From positions 2,436,217 to 2,500,216 of the forward strand of contig JALDTO010000266.1 of the NCBI GenBank assembly GCA_023515725.1: a stretch of DNA of 64,000 bases, given 5' to 3'. The notes under the pieces are model-generated. The model had not been told where the DNA came from. It saw only the letters and a list, made by a program, of their open reading frames with translations, and did not search any database. Both the position numbers and the translations under genes were made by a program. This stretch comes from Amoeboaphelidium protococcarum X5. Taxonomy: Eukaryota > Fungi > Aphelidiomycota. Position 1 is the first letter of the stretch. Every line of letters begins with the position of its first letter. Shown here in pieces: positions 29,601 to 42,798 of this stretch.

Positions 29601-30673
29601 TGATTGATCGCTATAATATTGAGCCTCCAATGCATTTAGATGACGAGAAACTGAAGGCTGTCTACTTCTAGAGAAAGATCATACCTGTCAGGTTGAGAGT
29701 TTTCAACGTGGTCAAGATGTGGGTGAAGAACAACTATGATGACTTTAGGCAAGATGAGAGTCTATTGCAAAAGTTGTACATCTTTTTACCAACGATGCGC
29801 GCTGATTTCTATCGCGGAGTTAAGGATTTCGAGAGCTTATTATAACGGAAGGCCAAAGGAGATGATTCTAATGGCAGATCACGTCCTGTATCCAAATCTG
29901 GCTCAACATCTTTACCCCCGGCTGTAGTGCCGAGAAGTATAACCATATTCTCTACAGTGCTAGACTTTGATCCGCTGGAGATGGCCAGGCAGATTTGCAT
30001 GTTATAATGGGATATTTTCGTATCTATTTAACCTAATGAATGTCTAAATTAGGCATGGAACAATAAAAAGCTCCATCATCAGTCGCCCAATATCCGCCGG
30101 ATGATAAAGTATTCCAATTTCCTGGTTATGTGGGTGTCTACTGAAATTATGGCCTGTGATCAGTTAAAAGTGAGAGCTACTACTATCAAGCAATTCATCC
30201 TGTTGGCGCAGAAATTAAAGTCTCTTAACAACTTTGATGGCCTGAAATCTGTTATCTGTGGTCTGCAGGCCAGTTCTGTTCGCCGACTAAAGAAGAGCTG
30301 GGACTTGGTGCCTGTCAAGTTTAGGTAAATGTTCACAGAGTTGGAAACACTTATGCTGGAAGACAAGTCATGTAAGAATTACCGCCAAATGCTTCACACT
30401 ATCAATCCTCCATGTATCCCCTTCTTGGGTGTCTACTTGACAGACTTGACCATGATTGAGTCGGGGAATCCAGACTGCCTGAAAGAGAATGATCAGTTGA
30501 TCAACTTTTAGAAGCGGCATCTGATTGCGCAAGTCATAAATGAAATGAAGCGATATCAGTGCACATTCTATAATTTCTAGGTAGTGGAATAAATTACTAG
30601 CTGGCTTCAAAGTCGTACGGTCGAAGACAATAACACACTCTACGATAAAAGTCTCATCCTCGAGCCTCGCTGA
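26684..30673 (+). CDS. PH-domain Ras guanine-nucleotide exchange factor (REM + CDC25), ~1329 aa
   Basis: PH motif SGFLYKK...WNKRYFVLS, REM motifs VKAGTLQKLVEKL and FLLTYRSF, CDC25 motifs LNNFDG, PPCIPFLGVYLTDL, ESGNPD, INF. The start codon is somewhat uncertain. Confidence 0.88.
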
Positions 30674-30945
30674 TTAATAGATTCGTGATTTTTATAAAAA
30701 ATTATTATGTTGTTACTACTGAATGACTTTTACTTTTAAATTAATTATGGTTAATGCCTTTTATATTATCTTGGTGATGCGCCTAATATATATATTGACG
30801 TGTGTACTTTCTTGTGACAACCTTCCGCTCATCATAATGCCAGAAAGCGCGTCAAGTTCTTCCTCCTTCTTTCAAGTTTTATCGCTTAATCCTTCCATTA
30901 GATAGATTGAAGTGTAATAGCTTGTGGTCAGCCCATTGTATAAAT

Positions 30946-32046
30946 ATGTAGCCTCATTATAATAACAACAACAATAATAATAACAAGTTTAATAATGTAT
31001 TGCAACAGAAATAATAACAGAAATTGTAATAATAGTAGTAATAGCCATAATAGCATGTCAACCAGTATTAGTTCCCTCAGTTCATGCAATAGCCGCAACA
31101 TGTAATGATGGGATAGCAGTAATAGCAGCAGTAGCAGTAATAATAATAGTAGTTATCTAAACCTCTTCCTCCTTTAGTAGTTACCTCTCCTCGGGCCAAG
31201 TAAACCGCTCCTCAAATCGCTTCATCACCAAGACCACCTGCTGCAGTAGATCCCGCAGTTCTATCTGTACAATAACTGGAAAATGAGAATCTGGAACTGG
31301 CCAAGAAAATCGCGTCTGCCAGGAGGACATTGCATCGACTGAAGGTTGAGCGAGTGGTGCTCTTGGACCGTATTGAACATATAGATCATGTGGATTAGAG
31401 TTCACTATTACCACTTAAGAGAAAGGCTGAAGAGTTGGATGAATATGAACCGCAATAGTCCTAGTAGTAGCGACATCTGGTCAGTAATGGCTAGCAATAA
31501 AAATAATAATAAACTGGTACCAAAAGCGACTCTATGGAATCTAAATAGGTTAAGTCAAGCGCGACTTAGTACAAAGAAGTTGATGTTGATTAAGCCGCCG
31601 CGGCCTCAGAATCTTCTCCAGAGAAAGCTGCAATAGGAGCAGCGGAGAGTGGTGGCAGTCAGTCAGTGACAAAGAAGCGAAAGAGGTAGAAGAAGGACCC
31701 AAATGCTCCTAAAAAGCCTGCGAATGCTTTCATCTTCTACGCTCAGAATCATCGGGATGTACTTAAGCAGGCTCATCCAGAGATGAATAAGGCGGAGATT
31801 GCTCGTGAGCTGGGCAACTAATGGAAAGCTATCGCGGAAGATGAGAAGAAGGAGTATTATGACATGTATGAGAAGGATAAGGTGCGATGGGAGTAGGAGA
31901 TGAAAGTTTATAATGGAGACAAGGTGCCAACCGATGTTAATACTGTCCAAGAAGATGTCGACCACGAAGATATCCAAGACCATGGCGCTGATGGTATTGA
32001 CGACTAGGATAACACTTTGGAGGAGGTTGATATGAACGATGTTTGA
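30946..32046 (+). CDS. HMG-box protein, Nhp10-like (INO80-associated), with a polyN/polyQ N-terminus, ~366 aa
   Basis: Coiled coil LHRLKVERVVLLDRIE and HMG box KKDPNAPKKPANAFIFY...LGNQWKAI...DKVRWEQEM. Confidence 0.82.
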
Positions 32047-32153
32047 TTGATGTTCGCCTGAGCATATATCGGGATTTAATGAAATTATTCTTTTTTGCAA
32101 CGATAGTCATTCACTTACATTAAATAAATAATATTTCTTTATACTTTTTAAAG

Positions 32154-33371
32154 TCAGATATCACTTTTAATCACACTCGAGCGCTAAATACCAGTTTCAG
32201 TCTCTTTTGAGTGAAGTTGAGATTAAGTCTTGGCACGATATAAAGCCAGCGAAATCAGATCATTTGCAAACTGAGGTACGCTCTCCTTGGACATTCTCAA
32301 AATTTCCCCTACAGTACTGGTGAACTCATTAACATTGAAAGACACGCCACAATTAGCATTGACTTCAAGGACATATGCATCTTGTTCGGCTTCCAGAGAA
32401 CTAGTTCTGATGTCAACTCTGGCGTAACCACTTCCACCTAACGCCTTATATGAATCGATAGTCAGCTGTTTGAGATACTGCTGCACACTGGACTGTGCTA
32501 GTGCATACCAGTAAACAGATTGTGGATTAGCCGGAACATTACCCTCAAGATCATATCCGTCCCAATATCTGTCAAATGCTAGAATGCGCTGATATCGACC
32601 AAGTTTTGGATCAAATACACGCTCAGCGACATCAAATACCTTGTATCCACTTTCATTATCACCAATAATTAACGACGTGTACTCTTTACCATCAAGGAAC
32701 CGTTCGATAAACACCAGACCGGAATCTGACAATGAATCTTCAGTAAGACACTACTTCCGCACAGCCTGTGCCTACTTTAAAGCATCTCGCGCATTATGAA
32801 CGACACTGTGATCCGTGATGGAAAGGCTCGCGTATGAAACGGATGGTTTCACAATCAGCGGATATTTTGATTCAAACGCAGTCTCTATATCCTGCTCAGT
32901 CGTGCTATCTGTGACTTCCAAATACACAGATGTAGGCACGTTGTGCTTCATAAGCTCAGCTTTCAATTTTGGTTTTGATGTAGTGATGTCATAAAACTGA
33001 GGAGACGAACCAGTGTACGGAATCTGCAGTTTATCCATCAGCTTGACCAATCCAATCCCGGGATAACCGTCTGTTTCACATCCATCGCAGAGATTAAAGA
33101 TTACAACGTCAGATAAACTATTTAGAAATTTCTGATGAATAGAACTAATTACACTCTCATAATTATCTAGACTCACTCCGCATATCTCCACATGATCATA
33201 ACCAAGGCTTTGTAGAACTGATTTCAGGTCCTGACAATTGTTTTGCTTTCCAAACTCATTACTCAATTTCACTAGAGAATGGACATCACTCGAAGATCCA
33301 CTCAGTTGTGGTTCCAAAATATAGACATGCTTGCAAAGAGGAGTGAGCGAACTAGATTAAAACACATTCAT
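32154..33371 (-). CDS. D-alanine-D-alanine-ligase-like ATP-grasp enzyme, ~405 aa, intronless
   Basis: VIFNLCDGCETDGYPG, IPYTGS, YPLIVKP, FIERFLDGKEYT, GYARVDIR, YVLEVNANCG. Two track ORFs joined by TAG. Confidence 0.85.
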
Positions 33372-33812
33372 AATAACAATTTAGGCCCAGTCTAACAACT
33401 AAGGGTGATAAATAAATTTAAACTTTGTTTGGTGAAACTATTATTCAAAGTAAAGTATGCGAATCAGTTTCTGGGAAAGCTGAAACGATTAAATCGGGCG
33501 GGGTGAAACACTTTTATGAAATCAGATTGATCATCTGATTAGAGTCATCCACAGTAAAGTGTGGCCTTTAAGCTGTTAATCTGAATTGATTACAGAAGAT
33601 AGTTTACTTGTCATAGGAATACAGCAATACACTCGAGTAATAAGAGCAAATTCATCAGTTTTTATTTCGGATGCGCTGAATAACCAAGGCGAAACTCTCC
33701 ACACTCGGAACATGACACGACCTGCTTGAAGTGTAATTTTTAAGACCGGCCGGCTGTATCACGTTGAAATAGCAATAAGGTAAAGAATCAAGTAAAATTT
33801 CAACTAGCATAA

Positions 33813-34583
33813 TCAGTAATTTAAACATTTAATGATGCAAGATAAGTCAACTACGTCTGATTCCGATGTTACTCTAAAGGATCGCTTGCAGACAGGACAG
33901 AACGGAAACTGAACGACCCATTCCATTATACACTTCCAGCAAAAGACGTGACCGCATACAGTAATACCTTTTTACCCATACACTATAGGTGATGTCAGAC
34001 AGAGAATACATTTACTCGAGTCATTAGATGGACTATCAGTTTCTGAGTGAACCATGAGATGATCATCTTGATCAAGTACAGATTCTACAGAGGAAGGAGT
34101 TTAATAGTCTTGACGCGTTCCAAGTGTATTTAAAACAAGGGCAGTGTAAGACAGCAGACCACACACAAAATAGATATTCTTAGAATTAAGCTTACTCAAT
34201 TGAGATGAAGACTGATACCGCATATTTAGTATAGAGTTTGTAATTTTGAAATCCTGGAACATGTCAAGCATCACCGCAATCTTGAAGCATCTGAGCCAAA
34301 CATTAGACCCATCAAACATTTACAAAGCAGTATCTATCAACGCGGAAACTCCTAACTTGATCACACTCCAGTTGCTTAGGGACAATCCGGTGAACTCCTC
34401 ACCCAAAGTCTATCCGTCATACCGTTAATTACACATCAGCGTCATTAAATATATTAGTCGAGCTACCAACGGACCAAGAGCTAACCACTTCCTCGGCATA
34501 TAATCTTTAATCTAACCATATAGTCGATTCACATATTCGGAATCCTTCATCTAAGCACGAATTTGCACAGACTTGTCCGCCAT
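33813..34583 (-). CDS. PEX10: Peroxisomal RING peroxin Pex10, ~256 aa
   Basis: IRA[TAG]MKD, G[TAG]TLGEEF and RING CILCL...VCGHVFCWKCIMEW...CPVCK. Confidence 0.87.
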
Positions 34584-34891
34584 AATTAAAGAGTTTTAAC
34601 AATCTGCTAAATTGTAGTATTAGTATTCTACTAGTAAATATTAAATTCTGCAGATATTAACACCTCTAAAGAATGCTCACAAAGTGGTTGCAAGACGATC
34701 TCAAACGATCGCGTTAATAAATCCTCCTTCTGATTCTCCGTTCTGTGACTGAAGTCTTCTGCTAAAGACGCGCGGCCTCAGCTAGAGAACAATTTCTTCG
34801 TTCGTTCTGCTGGCCGTTCCTTCTCTCAACTTATACATTATAAATACTAGTAGAGATCGATTAACCATATATATATATATCGCGCCCGACA

Positions 34892-36346
34892 ATGACTACA
34901 TCTCTGAACGCGGTTGTTATTAATGCTGGGCTGTAGAAATGGGGCCGCGGTATGCTGAATTCATTCAAGAGCTTGTCATCTGCAGAGTAGACGACTGTCA
35001 CCCGGTCTCTTCTTTGCCAGTGGCTCGAAGTTGGGTAGAGATAGGCGCTGCCTCAGTACTAAGTCCACAAGATTCTGCGAACGTACTTTGAGATTCTCAG
35101 CTATCATAAGAGATCAGATTTGATTCGATATAGTGTCAAGGCTATCGTTCAGAATCGATCGCTGCTCAGCGGAGAAGACCGCGGTGATTCTATTTATGAA
35201 CACGGTGATTTGAGTAAATATTCACTGCTGCATAGAGTGGGTGTTGATGCGATTAGAAATGCTGCGGCTGTAAATACTGATGGCGCCAAGTAATTGCAGG
35301 GTCAAGTGCGCGATATAATCGGAATATTTTAATAGTATTAGCCGCTTAGTGCTAATCTCAGCGTCAAGGAACGCGTCTCTCTTGTACAGGCCCTGGTGTA
35401 GAATGTCACTCGGATGTAAAATATAGCTACTTTAGATTAAGTGAAATTGATTAATCTGGCTATGAACATGATGGACATTAGTGACTTTACTGATTTTAAT
35501 GCTGCAATACTGGCCAAGTTGGTGGATATTCGGCTCTCTGTAAATCAGGATTTACTCTCTAAGGAAGATAGAGTTATGAATAAGTAGTTAGTAAGATGTG
35601 CTTTAGAAAGGAGCAAATGCACTGATAGTTCTGCATTAACATCATCACTGATTAACCATATAGATGTCGTGGATAAGTCTCTTCCTCGAGTCAAAGATAG
35701 TTAAGGCTTAGTTCATCCAGTTCTCAGAGTATTAAGTTCTCCTCAATAGCTTAGAAGTTCATAGATTTAGTATACTCTGATATCATCTATGGTTTAGAAG
35801 AACCAGCTCCCATTAGCGTTGAAGTTGATAGAGTTGGGATCCTCAGTCAATCTATCAACGCATCAGAGAATCCTATCCGAGTTGCCTCTTTCGTAGACTT
35901 AGACATTATAGCTGCTGTAATAGTTGGATAGAGAATATCTAGTGGTTGATGAACGTAATTCTCATGTCTATTATGACTATTTGGCGCGTCTTAGACTCAA
36001 TTCACATGCGTCTGTAATCCCTGCTCGTATTACATCTAAGCTGATATAAGCCCTTCATATGGTGCAATCTAATCTTGAGTGTGATGATGGATTGAGCAAA
36101 CGCGCTCACCGTAAACAGGTTCATTTCTTGTAGAACTCCATCTACTTGGGATCTTAAATATGTTCGCAGTTCCCTATTGATAGAGACTTGTAATAAGATT
36201 TTGGTGGCTGCAGGAATGCATAAAGAAGGCTGGTTGGATGGAAGCTGTTGTATTCCACCTTCGATCTGGCCGGCAAGTTTAACATTGATCTAAATCACAA
36301 TGACTGGTACTCTAAAGCAATAAGTAAGGCATTTAAATCAAAATGA
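34892..36346 (+). CDS. Hypothetical helical protein, ~484 aa
   Basis: In-frame ATG and TGA with many TAR codons. No recognised motif. Confidence 0.6.
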
Positions 36347-36557
36347 AGAAAGATTAATAAATATGTCATTAGTGATTTCTCCCTTTCAGTTTCGTGCGTT
36401 AATCAAGCGAAGCCGTTTCTCCTATTTTCCCTTTATGATCATCCTATAACGATCATTTGATTTCTTAACGCCGGTTGAATAGTTGTAAATGTCGCGGTTC
36501 GAAGCACGGTATTAAGATAATATCAAGCATGATAACAATTTCATAATTAGGCAGTAA

Positions 36558-36758
36558 ATGAGTGGATAAATTAGTAGCGGGTAGACTCAAGATGATATAA
36601 GCTAGAATCTAGTGTCCTCACTGAAAGAGTTTTAGTAGAAAGTGAATGAGAAACTCACGGAGATTGTAAATGAAGAACGCGCATCATCAGAACAAGGTAC
36701 TATTGAGCATTTAGATGATAAGGACTCTGATACTGATGATGCACCTGAAGATGATTGA
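36558..36758 (+). CDS. Small acidic protein, probable KEOPS subunit Gon7-like, 66 aa
   Basis: NLVSSLKEFQQKVNEKLTEIVNEE followed by a D/E-rich tail resembles the Gon7 helix plus acidic tail. Confidence 0.5.
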
Positions 36759-37006
36759 ATTTATATATAAAGTTCAATTTCGATTATTTTTGCTCTTTTG
36801 CTAGTCTTATAGACGCACATTCAATGTTCTGTAGTTTCTCTTGTCTCTTTCAACGCGTCTGTTTACAGGCTCGAATTCAGTTCCATTCAAAGTTTCATTG
36901 CTTTAACTCTTATTGTTCCATATTGTCATTGCTGCGAGACTCTCCTTCTAATATTCGCTGTACGTCTCATAATCTTGCCTCTTTATAATTATTGGCTTAT
37001 ATTTGG

Positions 37007-37906
37007 ATGATGGACACTGTGTATAAAAAGGATGAGAATGTGCTCTGTTTCCATGGCCCGCTGATGTATGAAGCTAAAATTCTGAAGGCTGAGTACTGGA
37101 GTGCACTGGACCACGGCGAGAATGAGGGCAACCACTACTTTGTGCATTATAAAGGCTGGAAGTAGAAATGGGATGAATGGGTACCTGAGAGCAGGATATG
37201 CAAGATCAATGAGGAGAATCTGGCTCGTTAGAAGGACCTGTAAGCGATTCATGCAATTCGAAGGGATGAAGGTAAGAAGGGTGGTGGCGATGGTGCATAG
37301 TCTATTGCTGGTAGTAAGCGTAAACATAATAATCAGACCTCCTCCAGCTAAAGGGAGACTTCGGTGGAGAGTGAAGCTGATTATTTGAAAAGACCAGAGA
37401 TATAGCTCACCATTCCAGATATTCTAAAAGTGCAGTTGGTAGATGACTGGGAATATATAACTAAAGAGTAGCGGCTTGTGTCCCTGCCTCGCCAGCCCAC
37501 TGTTTAACAAGTACTGTAAGAGTATAAAGAGCAGGCTGTATAGAAAGTCAAGCTGCAGTTGCAGAAGGATATTATCGCTGAAGTAGTGTCGGGCCTGCAG
37601 GTTTACTTTGACCGCGCACTGGGCAACATATTGCTATACAGGCAGGAGAGATTGCAATATGCTGACTTTATTAAATAGAATCCTGAATGTCTTACTTCTC
37701 CGTCACTATTCTATGGTGCGGAACATCTGCTGCGACTGTTCGTGTAGATGCCTTCGCTTGTGGCTCATACCACTATGGACTAGGATTCCATATTGCTGTT
37801 GAGAGACTAAATGACGTCCATTGTTGAGTACCTGGCGAAGAATCAGGACAAGTTCTTTATGAAAGAGTATGACAATGCTCCGCCAGAGTATTTGACGCGT
37901 CATTGA
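37007..37906 (+). CDS. EAF3: Chromatin protein Eaf3/MRG15 (chromo-barrel + MRG), 299 aa
   Basis: VLCFHGPLMYEAKI, HYKGWK[TAG]KWDEWV, LVDDWE, LGNILLYRQER, YGAEHLLRLFV. Confidence 0.94.
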
Positions 37907-38026
37907 TACTATGAAATTGTAATATATTGTTGAATTCTGTATAGATTCTTGATATTTGTGTGAACTCTAAAGAACTAAATTTATATCGCCTCACTTTGGC
38001 TAAAAAGTCAATCTATTTAGCTTAAT

Positions 38027-38875
<849 letters not shown>

Positions 38876-39349
38876 TATTAAAATTATTGTTATTTGATGA
38901 TTCTACCAGCGATGAACAGCAAAAAGTTAATTTTTCAGAAAATGAATCAAATCGAAAGCTAAAGTTACACACGCGTCTCGTTCACAAAGTACCGTAAAGT
39001 AACGTTGATTTAAACGCGAAAAATTAAAATCTTGCTGGCGATTCCGGTCTCTTTATTTCAATAAACGCGAGAAGGATTAGCTAAATGTGAGCACTGATCA
39101 TCTATGATGTATAACATGTACCACACTATGACTCGCGTTTTAATTCACAATATTATAGATATACAGTATTAGGACGTATATAATTATGAGCGCACGAGAT
39201 GATGAAGGCGCGATCTTCACAGCCATTTACTCGCCTTACATAGTCTTTGTATTTATCCGATTCGCTCTGCGATCAACTTTCGTTATCTCCACTCCTAAGC
39301 ACAGAGTTTATATAAAAAAGAAAGAAACTAATTACAATGAGTAATCTAT

Positions 39350-41107
39350 TCAACTCAGAAGCAATTGTGTGATTTGCTTAATGTTCATCTTCTTGAGGTC
39401 AGTGTAAGTTTATCCAGTGCCTATGAAGAGTATCGGTTTACCAGTCACGAACGTCATTGTGAGAGCAGCGCCAACTTTGTCATCCACAGTGTCAAACTTG
39501 GTCAAGAGAACTCCATCAATCTGACGAGGCGACGGATCTGTAGAGAAATCTTTAATAGCTTTGTTGAATCGCGTCAGTTGATCAATCGCCTCATTTCCAA
39601 CTAGAGCCTCACCGACAAATATCAACGTATCTGGACGATTCACAGATACCAGCTTGGCCAGGGAACGCATAAGCGGCTCATTATCCTACATCCGGCCAGC
39701 TGTATCAATCAATACGACATCGAATCCATTGCTAGCTGCATATGATATTGCATCTTTCGCTATTTAGGCAGCATCTTTGCCATATCCCCTCTAAAATAGT
39801 TCGAGTTATGCGCCTGGTACAACCGATGTGAGATTTCTGACATGCGTATTCAACTGCTCCACAGCACCACTTCTAAAAGTATCACACGCTGCAATTAGAA
39901 TCTTAAACTTGTTCTGCAGTAACCAGAAGCACACCTTACTCAAGTTTGTAGATTTGCCCACTCCATTAACACCAATGAAAGCCAAAACGTATGGTCTCTA
40001 TTATTTGAGGTTAGTTTACTTGATATCGAGCAGAATGTCAGTCGAATTCTTAGGAGTCAGCAACTATCGCACAGCATCTTGAACAGCCGATCTAACAGCA
40101 GACTTCAAAGTGGTAAATGCACCAATCTATGTTCCTACTAGAGCGTTCTCAACTGATTAACAAAGATGTTCAGCCACGTCTCTAGCAACATTCTTGGATA
40201 TCAAGTGCTCCATCATTGCCTATAATGTAGGCTGTAATTAGACTTTATTTAACTTTTAATTCAACGAGAGCTGAGGTAGAAAATTGAACAATGAGGTCTT
40301 TGCAGAAGCATCTAAATCTTAATCGTCCTCTTCATTAGCGGACGCTTGATCCATTTCTAAAAGATCAACACCAGCTGCAGTCCGAGCCTTTTACATTCTA
40401 CTCAGAACTTCTATGTCCACAATGTCAGATGCATCGACTTCCTTTAAAGTATCACCTGAACGTTAATCTGAAAAATCTAATGCATTGATAACTTCGTCAT
40501 TGACCGTATCATCCCATACTCTTTTCTATTTTCCCTTTGCCTTAGCCTTCTACTCATCTTAGTTAACATCGGATTTGGTCTTGTTCTTCTTCTCAAACTT
40601 TCTAGGCTTTTACTACTGCGATGATGATGAAGATAGAGCGCCGCCAACTACAGAACTTGCTCCACTGGCACTCGACTTGAACTTGGAAGAGTCTTGGAAT
40701 GACTTTGCTTTGCCTTTATCTTTCTCATCCAACTATTCTGCGGAACGTATTAAAAGTGGTAGAGACTTCTCAATAGTCCGCTTAACTCTCTCAAAATGAC
40801 CATTGACCAGAGCTTCATCAACCAGTTTACTACTCTTCAAGTGTTTCCGCAATAATTGCACCAGTTTGGGAACATACGTGTTCATGATAGACTTATTCCA
40901 GCACATGACCAAGAATACATCCAATTACCTATCATGATATCCATATAGCTGGTATTAGTCCATAAGCGTGGTACCATCCTTCTAAGCAACTGCCTCAATA
41001 AACTACTCCACAATGAATTTAGCTACGTAGTCCTCTTTCAACTCCACATAATCCTTCCTATACAAAACTACTCCAGAACACGACGTGATGCAAATGGCGT
41101 CCAACAT
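39350..41107 (-). CDS. SRPRA: Signal recognition particle receptor alpha subunit, ~585 aa
   Basis: [32 protein letters not shown][TAG][21 protein letters not shown][TAA]TYTDL. Confidence 0.95.
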
Positions 41108-41368
41108 ATTCAATACTTGAAAGATGATCGCCAAATGTTATAATATCGAGTGGATGGATAGTTGTAAACGATTTAAAAAGGAAGAAATTGAACGATCGAG
41201 CGACAATATCCAAAGCTCAACGCTTGTAGAAATTCAGTTGAGAAATAAACGCGCTGTTAAAATTACAGTAGTGGTACTCGACCTCTTAAAATTCATCTAT
41301 TTTTTTAAATTTAATCAATCATCTCATGCATCTAACTTGATGAAAGCAATCGCTTTTGTTAATTTTGA

Positions 41369-41992
41369 TCACTGCTCAAGAGAGGTTTAGATTATTTCCA
41401 AACTTTCAGCCTGATCATTGAGATAGTCTTAAAACGCGGCCAGTTGCTTTGCATTAGCGTAACGAAGAGCGAACCACTGCAAGTCGACTTGAGCCAAGTT
41501 ATTTACCGCGTCGGTTAATTCCTATACAGCCTACTTAATTGCCTGCAAATTTTGAGTAATCATAGAGAGATACTGTTGAGAATCATGATACTCTATGATA
41601 TTACAAGGACGTGTCCCAGCCTCAACTTCTTGATACGCAGTGACGAAAGCTTCCAAGACAGCTGATAGATCGATTTGCTTCGTCTCAATCACAGTGTAGC
41701 AATCAGTGCCGGCGCGTACCCCCACCTGTCGATCTAGACAACCGCCGAGCTAATTAAAATTCGACTGCATGAATCGAAGATATAGCGATTACGCGTGAAG
41801 TAAACTAAAATTCTCCAAGGTCCAATAAGGACAATTCAATGCCTGTTAGTGACCCTGTGGAAAATGAGTGTCATGATGCAAATCACCGTCTTCTTGTTGA
41901 GGCGCCTACGTATCCTATTCGATAGTCGAGTCCCCCATCACGCACACCGACACAACCATGATTTGAGCCAAAATCAATAGTAAGAGCTACAT
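41369..41992 (-). CDS. Predicted secreted orphan protein, ~207 aa
   Basis: Signal-peptide-like MQLLLLILAQIMVVSVCVMG. Continuous frame to TGA, four Cys in the mature part and a helical C-terminus. Confidence 0.7.
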
Positions 41993-42344
41993 TATATATT
42001 TTCAATAATTTTGTAAAAATTTGATCTATACGATGCGTGAAAAGATGATTGATAATCGATCTCACCACGACTTTTAAAACACATGTAGATCTCTTGAGAA
42101 TTTTCACGCCCTGAGCTGATTGTAACATTCAGTTCATAAAAAGCGTGAATCAGGGACTTGATTTTCATGTGTCAATCGACAAATTCGTGTATATTGTATA
42201 TCAATACGAGAAGAGACATTTATTAGTGGCAACAAGATTGAGTACAGTGACAATAAAAGATCAGTCTGTTAAGCTTTTGAATCGTGTTAGTTTTGTGAGT
42301 GTCGTTCTTCCCTCCTCTCTCATTCCGTCTAAAGCTCCGATACC

Positions 42345-42711
42345 ATGCCGCTGGAACTTTAGCAGTGTCCTGAGAAGATAATCATACAATTCAAGTCTGC
42401 CGGTAATGCGCCTAATTTAAATCAAAATAAGGTGAAAATAAGCTCGTAGCAGACGTTCAAGATGGTGACTGACTTTTTACAGAAGCAGTTTCTTAAAGAT
42501 GACTCTGCTCACTCAGCTTCTAGACGCGTTTACACTTACATTAATTCTGCCTTTGTCCCTCTACCAGATGAAATCTTGGCCAATATCTTTCGTGTATTTT
42601 TTCTACATTATAAAGAATCATAATGCTTATTTTGATGTTTGATTAATGTAGTGTCATGCAATTGAAGACAAGTTGTTAATCACATTCTCCTATGATCAGC
42701 TGTGGTCCTGA
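42345..42711 (+). CDS. ATG12: Ubiquitin-like autophagy protein Atg12 (intron 42594-42651), ending ...YDQLWS with no terminal Gly
   Basis: KIIIQFKSAGNAPNL, VTDFLQKQ, YTYINSAFVPLPDEILANIFRCHAIEDKLLITFS. Confidence 0.88.
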
Positions 42712-42798
42712 ATTTTATCGCTGTAATACGGAATTTGAATTGAATGGCTTTAACTATAGTGTAAATAAAGTTAATTTATTGCATTCGACATCGTATAT

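Noticed and set aside
39000-39340. Possible snoRNA or small ORF between TRM8 and SRPRA
   Set aside because: Only isolated box-like words, with no supportable structure or homology.
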